Positions 1 to 12,703 of a stretch of DNA of 64,000 bases are shown piece by piece. The notes under the pieces are model-generated. The model searched no databases and had not been told where the DNA came from. It saw nothing but the letters and a program-made list of their open reading frames with translations. This DNA comes from the human T2T-CHM13v2.0 reference genome, Homo sapiens, in the NCBI RefSeq assembly GCF_009914755.1, contig NC_060947.1. One strand, written 5' to 3'. Made by a program: the position numbers and the translations under genes. Position 1 is the first letter of the stretch. Every line of letters starts with the position of its first letter.

Positions 1-1830
1 TCATTGTGTATATTTGAGGTTCATAACATGATGTTATGGCATACATATAGTAAAATGATTACTATGGTGAAGCAGATTAATATATCTGTCATCTCACATA
101 CTTTTGTGTGTGTGTGACCAGAGGCAGCTAAAATCTTATTTACAAAAGTCCCTAATACCATGCAACTTTATTGCCTATAGTCCTCTTGTACATTAGATAT
201 CTCACTTGTTAATCCATATATCTACTGCTTTGTGTCCTTTGATGTATATCTTCCTATTTCCTCCCCTCCAGCCTCCCACCCCCACCGCCATGGTAACTAC
301 TGTTTTATTCTCTGTCCCTGTGTAGTTGACCGTTGACCTTTTTTTTTTTTTTTTAAAGATTCCACATATAAGTGAGCTCATGTAGTATTCGTCTTTCTGC
401 GTTTGGCTTATTTTACTTAACATGTCTTCCAGGTCCATCCATGTTGTGGCAAATGGCAGATGTCCTCTTTTAAGGCTGAATAAAATATTCCCTTGTATAT
501 ATACACTACGGTTTCTTTATTTTGTCTGTCTACATACACGTAGGTTGTTTTCAAATCTTGGCTATTGTGAATAATGCTGCAATGAACATGGAAGTGCAGA
601 TATTTTTACGAGGTAGTGATTTCATCTCCTTTGCTTATATTCCAGAAGAGAGATTGCTGGGCTGTGTGGTAGTTCTATTTTTAATTTCTTTAGGAACTGT
701 TTTCCATAATGGCTGTACCAGTCTACATTTCCAGTCACAATGTAGTAGGGTTTCTTTTTCTCCACACTTTTACAAACATTTGTTATCACTTGCCTTTTTG
801 ATAATAGCTGTCCTTAGAAGTGTGAGGTTATATCTCATAGTGGTTTTGATTTGCATTTCCCTGATGATTTAGTGATGTTGAGCACATTTTCATTTATCTC
901 TTGGCCATTTTTATGTCTTTGGAGAAATGTCTGTCCAGCTGTTGTCCATATTTTAATCAGGTGGTTTTTCTGCTGAGTTGTAAGAGTTCTTTATAAATTT
1001 TGGGGTATTAACCCCTTACAAGATAGGTGGTTCGCAAATATGTTTTCCTAGTCTGTAAGCTGCCTTTTCATTTTGTTGATTGTTTCCTTTGCAGTACAGA
1101 AGCTTTTTAGTTTGATGCAAGCCGCTTTATTTTTTCTTTTGTAGCCTGAGCTTTTGGTGTGATATCCAAAAAATCATTACTGAGGCCAATGTTAAGGACC
1201 TTTCCCTCTGTGTTCTTTTATGTCTTAAAACTTTATATCTTTATGTTTTAGTTATTTTATCCATTTTGGGTTGATTTTTGTTTATGGTGTAAGAGTCCAG
1301 TTTTTTTCTTTGCATGTAGAAATCCTGTTTTCCCAGTACCACTTATTGAAGGGACTGTCCTTTCCCCATTGTGTTCCTCTTAACACCCCTGTCGAAGATT
1401 AGTTGGCCATATATGTTTGGATTTATTTCTGGGCTCTATTCTGTTTCATTGTTATATGTTTCTGTTTTTATGCCAATACCATATTGTTTTGATTACTATA
1501 ACTGTAATATTTTAAATCAGAAAGTGTGATGCTTACAACTTTTTCAATGTTGCTTTGGCTATTTGGGGCTTTTTGTGGTTCTGTATGATGAATTTTAGGA
1601 TTGTTTTTCTATTTTAATGAAGAATGCTACTGTAATTTTGATAGAGATTGTGTTATATCTGTATGTTGCTTTGGGTGCTGTAGACATTTCAACAGTATTA
1701 ATTCTTCCAATCCATGAACACAGGATATCTTTACATTTATTTGTGTCATCTTCAATTTCTTTCATCAGTGTTTTATACTTTTCAGTGTACAAGTCACTCA
1801 TCGCCTTGGTTAAATTTATTCCTAAGTTTC

Positions 1831-2115
1831 TTTTTTTTTGAAATAGAGTCTTGCTCTGTCACCCAGGCCAGAGTAAAGTGCCCCAATCACTGCTCACTGC
1901 AGCCTTGACCTCTGGGGCTCAAACAATCCTCCCACTTCAGCCTCTTGAGTAGCTGAGATTACAGGCACGTGCCACCATGCCCAGCGAATTATCAAAATTT
2001 TTTTTTGTAGAGGTGGGGTTTTGCTGTGTTACCTAGGCTTGCGTCAAACTCCCGGCCTCAAGCCTCAGCCTTCCCAAAGTGCTGGGATTACAGGCATGAG
2101 CCACTGAGCCTGGCC
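1831..2115 (-). mobile_element. Alu (AluJ-like)
   Basis: Poly-T followed by reverse Alu ending ..ccactgagcctggcc. Flanked by CCTAAGTTT / CCTAAGTATT (TSD). Confidence 0.9.
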
Positions 2116-2265
2116 CCTAAGTATTTTTTTTTAATGCTATTATAAATGAGATTGTTTTCTTGATTTCTTTTTCAGCTCAGTAAAGGATGCGGAAGTTTGT
2201 CAAGTGCTTTTTCTGCATCAACTGAGATGATCCTACTTGGTCATAATATATAATCTTTTTGATGT

Positions 2266-2556
2266 ATTGGTTTTGTTTGTTTGTGACAGAGTCTTGCTCT
2301 GTTGCCCAGACTGGAGTGTGATTTTGGCTCATTGCAACCTCTGCCTCCCAGGATCAAGGGATTCTTGTGCCTTGGCCTCCCAAGTAGCTGGGACTATAGG
2401 CACACGCCACCACTCTCAGCTAATTTTTGTATTTTTAGTAGAGACTGGGTTTTGCCATGTTGGCCAGGCTGATCTCGAACTCCTGGCCTCAAGTGATCCG
2501 CCTGCCTCGGCCTCCCAAAGTGCTGGGATTACAGGTGTGAGCCACCACACCTGGCC
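2266..2556 (-). mobile_element. Alu (AluJb/Sx-like)
   Basis: Reverse Alu dimer with (TTTG)n tail, ending ..ccacacctggcc. Confidence 0.9.
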
Positions 2557-2734
2557 TGATTATTGTTGAATTTGGTTTGAAAATATGTTATTGAGGAATT
2601 TTGCACCAGTGTTCATCAGTGATGTTGTCCTGTAGTTTTCTTGCTGTGTCTGTCTGGCTTAGGTATCAAGGTGATTGGAGCCTCTTAAAACGTGTTTGGA
2701 AGTATTCCCTCTAGCTCGATTTTTCACCCATAAC

Positions 2735-3420
2735 AGAAGTTCCTATTCCAGCTGGGGAGGGCGCACTGGTCCGTTCGCCCTGCCTACCTCCTTCAGTGGT
2801 CTGGTGTCTGGTGCTGGTGGTCAGGGTTGCTGCACGGGCTCAGGGACTGGTGTGGCAGTGGCTTCCCTGGGCCAAAGCTCTGATCCCAGTGGGGGAGGGC
2901 ACGCTGGTGCGTCGGCTCCACCTGGTTAGTTTGCTGGTCCACTGTCTGGTGCTGGAGGACAGGAGGCTGGCAGCTTTCCCAGATGCAAGCTCCGATTCCA
3001 GCGGGAGAGGGCACACTGCTCCACCTGTGGTGCCTGCCGAGTTCCCTGGTCTGGTGTCCGGTGCTGGTGGTCAGGGTTGCTGCGTGGGCTCAGGGACCAG
3101 TGTGACAGTGGCTTCCCTGGGCAAAAGCTCTGATTCCAGTGTGGGAGGGTGCACAGGTGTGTCTGCCTCGTTAGTTCCCTGGTCCACTGTCTCATGCTGG
3201 AGGACAGCAAGCTGGTCGCTTCCCGTGACGGAAGCTCTGATTCCAGCAAAAGAGGGCGCGCTGATCCACCCATGGTGCCTGCTGCGTTCCCAGCTCTGGT
3301 GTCTGGTGCTGGTGGACACGGTTGCCGCATGGGTTGGGCACTGGTGCCGCTGTCCGCCGTGGCTTCCCTGGGTAAAAGCTCCAGTTCCAGAGGCAGGGGC
3401 ACTGAGTTTCTTCACTTAGT
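2735..3420. repeat. GC-rich higher-order tandem repeat (~250 bp dimer x ~2.7), probably the 5'UTR monomer array of the adjacent old L1
   Basis: CTGGTGTC(T/C)GGTGCTGGTGG recurs at 2801, 3051 and 3296. AAGCTC.GATTCCAG-like anchors at ~2737, 2875, 2987, 3125, 3232 and 3376. Confidence 0.8.
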
Positions 3421-3674
3421 TTGTTCACCCAGCTTGTTGGCAGTTGATCTGAGGTGCCCTGACGCTTCGTCTTACACTGGATATGAATGACAGTCCCTAA
3501 AGGTGGTGTATAATCTTCATGTTCCAGCTCAAGAAATTCCCACTACCCACAGCTGGTTCTCTAGGATCTTCGGATTACGAGTCCCTGCCTGTGATCTTCC
3601 TCCTGCATAGCATCTCATTTGTGGATGTTTATAGTTTCAGGGACATAAGAGCGTTTGGATATGACTGTGCAGGT

Positions 3675-3705
3675 TCTGATTTTCTCTTTGTTTACTTTAT
3701 TCCAG
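3675..3705 (+). promoter_or_regulatory. VMA21: VMA21 intron 1 branch point (A3679), polypyrimidine tract and CAG acceptor
   Basis: TTCTGAT fits the yUnAy branch consensus with A 27 nt upstream of the exon, matching the known XMEA position c.54-27A. Followed by TTTCTCTTTGTTTACTTTATTCCAG. Confidence 0.85.
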
Positions 3706-3815
3706 AAATGAAAGCTCATTAGCATCTACACTGAAGACGCTCCTGTTCTTCACAGCTTTAATGATCACTGTTCCTATTGGGTTATATTTCACAACTAAAT
3801 CTTACATATTTGAAG
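3706..3815 (+). CDS. VMA21: VMA21 coding exon 2 (110 nt): NESSLASTLKTLLFFTALMITVPIGLYFTTKSYIFE(G), includes transmembrane helix 1
   Basis: Bounded by ttccag| and |gtaatc. Manual translation matches human VMA21. Phase joins exon 3 (G+GC = Gly). Missed by the ORF track. Confidence 0.97.
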
Positions 3816-4151
3816 GTAATCTTAGACCCATTAAAACAAGATGTTTTCCCCCAATTTAAGATTCTGTGCTTTTATGACCTCTTTATATCTTTAAACTGGG
3901 TATTCTTATTTTTTTCTTGTTTAGCTTTTCAAAAAATCATATTGCTCATAATGAGTCTTTATGAAATAACTTATTGTTTCAGCTTGACAGTTTTCCTATG
4001 GTTTTCTGTGAAATAGCTTGCAAATCCTTTCTCTTAGTACCTTTTAAAGAATAGGGGTTGGCTGACATGGGAGGAGGAATTTTGGGGGAATGGACTTTAG
4101 TGTCAGATAACGGAAGGAAGAGAGAATGAAGTCCCCTTTTTGATGTTGAAA

Positions 4152-4448
4152 TTTTTTTTTTTTTTTGAGACAGTTTCACTCTTGTTGCACAGGCTGGAGT
4201 GCAATGGCGCGATCTCGGCTCACCGCAACCCCCGCCTCCCATGTTCAAGCGATTCTCCTGTCTCAGCCTCCTGAGTATCTGGGATTACAGGCACCCGCCA
4301 CTACACCCGACTGATTTTTGGTATTTTTAGTAGAGACGGGGTTTCGCCATGTTGGCCAGGCTGGTCTCGAACTCGTGACCTCAGGTGATCCACCCGCCTC
4401 GGCCTCCCAGAGTGCTGGGATTACAAGCGTGAGCCACCGCACCCGGCC
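4152..4448 (-). mobile_element. Alu (AluSp-like), VMA21 intron 2
   Basis: Poly-T then gagacagtttcactcttgttgc..gcaatggcgcgatctcggctcaccgcaac (Sp/Sq-type text). Confidence 0.9.
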
Positions 4449-4462
4449 TGAAGTCTTTATAA

Positions 4463-4793
<331 letters not shown>

Positions 4794-4989
4794 AACATAA
4801 TGTTCTTAATATATAGAAGGTACTCATATCTTTTAGTGAATACTTTATTCATTACCACCCAAAATATTACTTTTTAATTGCCTGACTAGTTAAATAAATA
4901 CATCATAAAAATTAGGATGCTTTGTTTTTTTTTTTTGTACTTTGGTAAATTTTGCAATAAAATGGAAACTGTTTTTTTTCTCTTGATAG

Positions 4990-5132
4990 GCGCCCTTGGG
5001 ATGTCCAATAGGGACAGCTATTTTTACGCTGCTATTGTTGCAGTGGTCGCCGTCCATGTGGTGCTGGCCCTCTTTGTGTATGTGGCCTGGAATGAAGGCT
5101 CACGACAGTGGCGTGAAGGCAAACAGGATTAA
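4990..5132 (+). CDS. VMA21: VMA21 terminal coding exon 3: (G)ALGMSNRDSYFYAAIVAVVAVHVVLALFVYVAWNEGSRQWREGKQD*, includes transmembrane helix 2
   Basis: Acceptor ttttttttctcttgatag|. Translation matches the C-terminus of human VMA21. TAA at 5130-5132. Confidence 0.97.
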
Positions 5133-5206
5133 AGTGAACATCACCTTTTTATAGCATTAAATTCATTTTTTAAAATGATAAATGCTGGAGGGGGCCATCT
5201 GATTTG

Positions 5207-5212
5207 AATAAA
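5207..5212 (+). terminator. VMA21: Candidate proximal poly(A) signal AATAAA (ATTAAA also at 5156-5161)
   Basis: Canonical hexamer 75 nt after the stop codon, with GT/T-rich sequence further downstream. Usage not shown. Confidence 0.45.
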
Positions 5213-6346
5213 GTTGAAAGAACATGTTAAAGTCAGTCTTAAGGAGTCACGTTTGAGTATGTAAATTTTGATCTTTCTAATATGTTGGTTTGTATATTCA
5301 GTTTTAACTGTATGAATCTGATTTGCAAATGAGAATTTGGAAAAGTTAGTTACAAAGAAATATGTTAATTTAATTAGACAATACTCTGGAAGGAATTTTA
5401 TCTTCTTTCAACAAAACATGTTTTATAGTATTCTGACTTACGGTTGCTTTTGAGTTTTACTCATTTGGATATATTAAGATGCACACAGTGAAGCAAATTA
5501 AACTCCACTTTACGCTGGAATGCTTTCTTTAGCATGAAAATACCAGGTCCTTGGATTTGGGATTTTAATTTCCTATGGAAAGTTGCTTAAATTGTGGACA
5601 CTGGAATTAATCTGAATGTCACTGAGGAATTTCACATGAAGTGTAATCCCTAGTCAATAAGAATTATCCATTACATTATTTTATGGGAAAACTAGGCTAA
5701 ATTACATCCATTCAGGTAAAAGGACCTTAGCTTACTGAAGGATCTAAAGAGCAAAGCAAAGATCTCACTACTCAAACACTCAGCCTGCTTCCTTCAAGTC
5801 CCCTTGCAGGCCAGCTTTGTGCTTTGCAGACCAACTTTTTAATGAGATACTTTGCTTCCTCATTCAACATTGAAGCTAGGCTTCAATTAAAAGGTTCGAG
5901 GAAGCTCCATTTAAAATTGTTTTTTTTACTATTTTTTAAAATTGTAGTGTATATGATAGGAATTTGCATTTAAATATGTTCATTTTTGCATATGTTAGGA
6001 GTGGAAACAATCTGGAAAACATTTTTTTTTCATCCAAAAAGTATTCTCCTTGGGCATATCTGATGGAAAAAAACCTTGATTTTATTTTCGTATCTTTAGT
6101 CTGTGTTCTTTCTAGTTATTTGGTACTAATTATGTGCAATCTAAAAACACTCCCACAAGTATTTGTTTTTTAATTATAAAATCATAGTATATGTTCTTTG
6201 TAGAAAACTGGAAAAATACATATTCAAACAGGAAAAAAAATCAAAATTCCCCATAATGTTGCCATCTAAAAATAACCTCTATTTTAGTTGATATCCCGTA
6301 TTCATTTTTGAAAGCCATTCCTTAATGCTAGTTTGATACACACTAA

Positions 6347-6754
<408 letters not shown>

Positions 6755-7955
6755 TTATTGACCATTTTCTAAATAAGCACATTCTATCTTTATTCTCTTA
6801 AAATTCAAATTTTCTGTTACTGATAATCCTAATACTAGGATTCTTGCTTAAGTATGTGAAACCATTACCGATTTGTTGTTCACATTTATTTTTTATGTTG
6901 TGAAACTGGACTAAAGGAATAGAGGGATGATTAGTCATAAAAGTCAAATAGCATTTGTGTTTAACTGTTGAGAAAAGTGAAAGATCAGTATGATTATTAT
7001 GGAACTGTTTTTAATTCTTGCTTAAAGACTACAATTTTAGTATAATGACATTTGAGTCTAGGGTAGTATGTGGTAGATTTCTAGATGGTCCCTAATTAAG
7101 AAGTATTGTTGTATTTAGAATTGTCCACCTAATTTCTTTTTATATAATGCCAAGGTATTTCTTGTGCTTTTGGGATCTTATGCTGTTTGTAAAATGTTAC
7201 TGTCCAATGTTGGATTATTGTTTTGGTTTCAGGCATTTGCTGAATAGGTGATGATACATGGGTATTTTTCTGCAAGTATTTAAACCAGGGGCATATGCAA
7301 AGGCAGTTGTAATTTCCTCTTGGAAAAAGCGCCAAATGTTTGAAGGTTAAAATCAAATGCTAGGGTTGATATTTAGGCTTATAACAAAATAGGCTTGTTT
7401 TCAAAGCAGTTTTTTCCTAGAGTTTTAACTGTTAACTCACTAGTTTGCTGCTGTTTTTAACTATGTTAAATAACATATGGTATTTGGCAAATAGATTTAT
7501 TTTTCAAAATGTCTCACTAGTTTCCTTTTACACAATGTATATACTTCAAGATGTATAGAAAGGAAAGCTACAGTTGAGCCCTTATACATGTTTTAAGGTA
7601 GAAATATGTTCCCTATTGTTTGAAAACTGATTGTAAGAATAACCTCAGTTAGGAGATATAACTTGAAGTGTCAGTCCAAACTACTGATTTAACCCTATTT
7701 ACGGTAACACATTACCTTCCTCACCTCCTGTTTGGCCCTGGAGAATGTAGTCCTTTTTCTCATTTGTGTTGAGAAATGAAAAGTCTGCTGTAGAATGTAT
7801 CTGATGTCATTAGTTCTTCAAATGGATACCATTGTACATATAACAGTAGAATTTGGTTTGGGGTTGTTAGTGAAAAAAAATTTAAACCTGCCATTAAAAA
7901 TCCCCATGTTTCATGGAAATCTAACAGAAATACATTGTAATAATTAGAACATTTT

Positions 7956-8265
7956 GTTTTCTTTTTTCTTTTTTTTTTTTTCGAGACGGAGTTTTGCCCT
8001 TCTTGCCCAGGCTGGAGTGCAAGGGCGCAATCTCGGCTCGCTGCAACCTCCGCCTCCCGGGTTCAAGCAGTTCTCCTGCCTCAGCCCCCTGAGTACCTCA
8101 GATGACAGGTGCGTGCCACCACACCCGGCTAATTTTTGTATTTTTAGTAGAGACGGGGTTTCACCATGTTAGCCAGGCTAGTCTCGAACTCCTGACCTCA
8201 GGTGATCCACCCGCCTCCGCCTCCCAAAGTGCTGGGATTACAGGTATCAGCCACCGTGCCTGGCC
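7956..8265 (-). mobile_element. Alu (AluSq/Sp-like) in VMA21 3'UTR
   Basis: Reverse Alu with 18-bp TSD TAATAATT(A/G)GAACATTTT at 7938-7955 and 8266-8283. Confidence 0.92.
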
Positions 8266-9359
8266 TAATAATTGGAACATTTTCATCATGAAAATGTCAT
8301 CAGCTTTGCCAAAAGAAACAACCAATTGACTTGTTTGGCGTTTGTTTTCCATTTTCATGTCAATTTTATGTATACAGTTAGAATACCCAAGGAGACCACT
8401 AAAATCAGTTAAACAAGTAGGGTATATACAAAGAAAGATGAAACCCGAAAGTACATAAAAAGGATTTAAATCCGATTTTAGATGTACCTAGTGTGTATTT
8501 CTTATCTCTAGACAAGTTCATGTTTATTGTTTAATTTATGCCCAAGTGAAGTTGTAAACTTATGGTTCAACTCTGACACAGAATTTGTCACTTGTCTGAG
8601 GTCAGTGGCAGGTTTCTCTGCTGTCAAGCACTCTGTGTCACCCACCAGATTAGTATAACTATTAATTCAGACTGTACTCCTATGTTTAAGATAATTTTTA
8701 CAAGAGCTGGCTGAAGCAGCACATTAGTAACCTGACAAGATTTCTTTTTCCCTTTTCAGGGGGAAAGGGTCACCTTAAAAATAAATTATTTTCAGGGACT
8801 TTGGGAATCTAATGATAAATATTACACATAATCTATGAATAGCTTAATCCTTTATATATTCCTTAAAATAGGAATTCCTCGACATCACTCCTGGCCACAC
8901 TTTCCTTGCCTGTGTTGTTGCTATGTGTATTTGAAAGTAATATCTGCATTCCTTTTAAGATGTTCTGTAAGTCATATTTGTCAGTTATACAGAGTAGTCT
9001 TCCTTTTCCCCACGTTCAGTGTAATCTCACTGAACAGTAATAATAGCAATAGCTAACAACATCTGCACAGCACCTTACAGTTTGCAAAGAACGTTCACAC
9101 ATTCTCATTTGAGTTTTGCATAGTGAACCTGTTACGAGATGTCTCTTGACGTCGATGCTAAAAGTGTTAGAATCTTTACATCACTAGAGTCATTGAATAT
9201 GCTGTAGTATTGAATAGTGCCCTGACTAGGGGGAGGATTTGGATGTGCTGCATTTCAAGCCGTGTATAATCATCAAAATGGGGGGCTTGAGTTCTTTAGC
9301 TACTTGAATCCGATTTACTTCTGTTAAGTGATGCTTTTCTAACCGTTTTCTGGATGGAT

Positions 9360-9450
9360 TTTGTATTCACTATATTGTAGCTTGTAATTTGTATAAATGT
9401 ACCATCTGATGTCATTAAAAAAAGTGTTTGTAGTGCTACTTTGCTGTGTC
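9360..9450 (+). terminator. VMA21: Distal VMA21 poly(A) site: ATTAAA 9414-9419, upstream UGUA cluster, downstream GU-rich element
   Basis: Five TGTA motifs in 9362-9401, ATTAAA, then TTTGCTGTGT. Cleavage expected near 9438. Confidence 0.7.
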
Positions 9451-10006
9451 CTGATTCAATTAATGTTTTATTAACCGCTGTGTTTTTAAAAATTTGTTTG
9501 CCTGCTTCTCATTTTATAACATGTAGAATATGTACAGAGCTCACTTTAAAAAATTTGTTCGTTGGCCTCTGTTTGTGCTATGTAGATTATATAGAGAGCT
9601 GTCAAGGATAAGTTTTTATGCAGTAAATGTCAACCAGAAATGCTCAAACTGATTGGGAGTGTGGGGGAGGGGTGTTGAGCTGTAAAGGGCTGGTTATACT
9701 TCGTCTGGGGTGGGCTTCAAATGCCCCTAAAGGAGAGTTGAGAAATGTGGAAATAGATAATTCCTGACGACGTCCACATGCCACCCCCTCATGACCAATG
9801 TCCTGTGTCCTCTGTCCTCTAATCACCCGTTGATTGCACTCCAGCTCCTTCCTGTGCTTCTGAGGACTCCAGCTAATTCTTACTAATAAATGTTAATATC
9901 CCCTTCCCAAACACATTTGAGACGTCTTAGTATTAACAAATTTTATAGGTTATGAGATGTCCAGGGAACTCAGGAAACAGGTAATGGCATTGCAGAAACT
10001 ACAGGA

Positions 10007-10457
<451 letters not shown>

Positions 10458-11109
10458 GGAGATTTAGAATTGTGCCTCCCAGTGTATGTGTTTAATGATG
10501 GACTTGAAGATGTTTGTATAAAGCCTGAAGTAAGCACACACCTTATTAGGCAAAGGTAGAATGTTGATAATGCTATATCGAAGGTGCAATTTAAAATAAG
10601 GAGACCTTTACTGGGTTCCTGACAATCCATATTGACTTTGCTTCAGTGCTAATGAATGATGTTGAATGAAAATTTTAGTACGGGGAACAGCCAACTTAAG
10701 ACACAACTGAGGCGTGCGTAGATAGACATGGCCACTGCTGTGCCTGTGATGCCTTTTTCTTATTTGGAATCCTCACTGCTGTGGACTTTGGAGAGAAGGA
10801 AAACCAATAGGAGTATGTGAATTTGAGGTTTCTAAACCAGAGAGGTAATGGAGAAAAGCAGAAATGGTTTCTAGGCACATTTGTGCTATTAACCCTCTGG
10901 CTTCCCTGCCCCCCATTACCTTTCACTGCTTACGTGCCTGCACTTCCTTTCACATACGCCCTGCTCTTGCGTCCATTAAAGATGCATTGAGGTTAGCCCT
11001 TTTGGTAAATACAGGATGAAGGTGGAGAACATTAGTTCGCAACCTGGCAACCCAGGGATGCTTTCCTCCAAAAGAGGATCCAGCAGCCCTGAGGGAAGGG
11101 ATACTACAA

Positions 11110-11710
11110 ATGGCACACCCTGCATCTGTGTGCATCTCACCACCTTCAATGCTCCCACTTCGGGCCAGCCCAGATTTACTCCTCGCCTGGAGCCTCAAAT
11201 TGGTTTCTTCTGCCCTTCTTGCACCTGTGGTCACTTTGCCACAAAGCAACTAGAAGTTTCCTTTAAAGATAATAGATCAGGCATACCATGCCTCTGCTCA
11301 AAATCCTCCCAATAGCTCCCCATCTCACTCAGGAAGATTTAGACTCCATATGTGGCCTACAAGCCAGGCCACTTCCTTTCACTTCATTCCCACCCCACTT
11401 GCTCACCATTTGCCAGCCTCCTGGACTTCTTGGTGTTCCCCGAACCTCCCATACTCAGTCCCATTAGCTGTTCCCTCTGCCTGGTACCCTCTTCCCAGAT
11501 CTTCTCACAGCTGGCTCTTCCTCACCCTTCAGGTCACAATGCTCATGCCACCTCAGAGAGGTTTCCCCTGACAACCTAAAGCGGTGAGACTCCCATTGCT
11601 ATCACAACACTTAATACTGGATGAAATTACTTTATTAGCCACCTCCTTCCACTAAAATGTAAGTGCAGGAAGGTAGGCACTTTGTTTTATTCACCACTGA
11701 ATCCCTAGGA
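11110..11710 (+). mobile_element. L2 (L2a-like) 3' fragment
   Basis: ctctgctcaaaatcctcccaatagctccccatctcactcag..ccactaaaatgtaagtgcaggaaggtaggcac matches L2 3' consensus. Confidence 0.7.
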
Positions 11711-12620
11711 CCTCAGAGTTGCATGAGAGTTTGGCCAGCCCCTACTAAATGGGAAGATAACAACACAGGCCCCCTGTGCCAAATTGTCTGCTCTGCCTCA
11801 GGAAGAAGACCAAAATGGCTGGAGGGGCATCAGATTTTTTCCTCCCATCTGTATCTGTAGCACTCTGTTCCCAGGACTCTGCATTTTGCTCTGAAGCCCT
11901 AAAACACACCCCCCTTTCTCAACCAGCCCCAACCCCATCCCTCACCACTACATCTGTGGTTTTTTGCACGCAAGCAAAGCAGCAGGGAAGCTGGGTATGC
12001 TGTTCATGGATGTGGGGGCGGGGCTTTCCCATTTAGTATGGTTTCATAGAATGCTCTTGATGTGTCCTGCTGACACAGGTCTGGGAAGACCCACCAGTTC
12101 TCTTTCTCTTGCTCTGTTGCTGCAATTCTGCAATTATCAGCAATGTTATCATGTTTAGCTCTGGCCTGTGAACATGCACATAAACAGAATGAATTAGAGT
12201 AGAAACAGAATCTGATTTTCCCAGCTATGTGTAAATTATAAAAATATACATTTTAAAGAAAAATGTACGTTGGATAGCCAGATTTTGTTGCTTTAAAAAT
12301 ATTCACAATAGAAAATGAAACTGGGGGCTGTGAAAAATGAAGTCTATTCACATGTCTACCATTTATTTCATAAGAATTGTATGTAGGACAGGCCAAGGGC
12401 ACCATGCATTTTTTCCTCTACCATTTCTGCTGCTGCTAGCTAGAGACACAGTCCTCTTCCACCCTTTACTCACCCTCCTTCCAAACTCACCTCAGACCAA
12501 TTAGAATTAAGATAAAAATTTGAGTGGGAAATGAATAGAAAGCCCAGGAAAATGGAATAAGCAAGAAAAGTTAGACAATTTCTTCCAAATGACTTGGACA
12601 GTCTGGTGGGGACTGTCACC

Positions 12621-12703
12621 TGTGGTAGGCTGAATTTTAAGATGCTCCAAGATTCCCACTCCCTGTCTGTTCCCTTCCCTTATAGCTTCCTTGGTTAGAT
12701 GAC
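12621..12703 (+). mobile_element. MLT1E/F-like MaLR LTR 5' fragment
   Basis: tgtggtaggctgaattttaagatgctccaagattcccac is an MLT1E/F-type LTR start. Confidence 0.5.

Larger units (their letters stand above)
1..2725 (-). mobile_element. Old L1M (L1MA9/L1MB1-like) 3'UTR and ORF2 fragments, antisense in VMA21 intron 1, internally deleted and split by two Alus
   Basis: Minus-strand ORFs 1595-1801 (DLYTEKYKTLMKEIEDDTNK..DILCSWIGRIN) and 202-438 (DLEDMLSKISQTQKD) are L1 ORF2/3'UTR-type text. Subfamily is from recalled consensus. Confidence 0.85.

Noticed and set aside
2749-3262. CTCF-like GAGGGCGC/GAGGGCAC cores in the tandem array
   Set aside because: Spacing to the upstream CCAGC is 2-3 nt too long for the CTCF consensus, so it is not supportable without a PWM scan or ChIP data.
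2675-3490. Overlapping long ORFs on both strands (up to 207 aa)
   Set aside because: They coincide with the GC-rich tandem array. Repeated peptide blocks and openness in many frames are expected by-products, and there is no recognisable protein.
4917-4989. N-terminal part of the 71-aa ORF 4917-5132 as the real VMA21 start
   Set aside because: It is intron 2. A polypyrimidine tract and AG at 4988-4989 splice in phase to exon 2.
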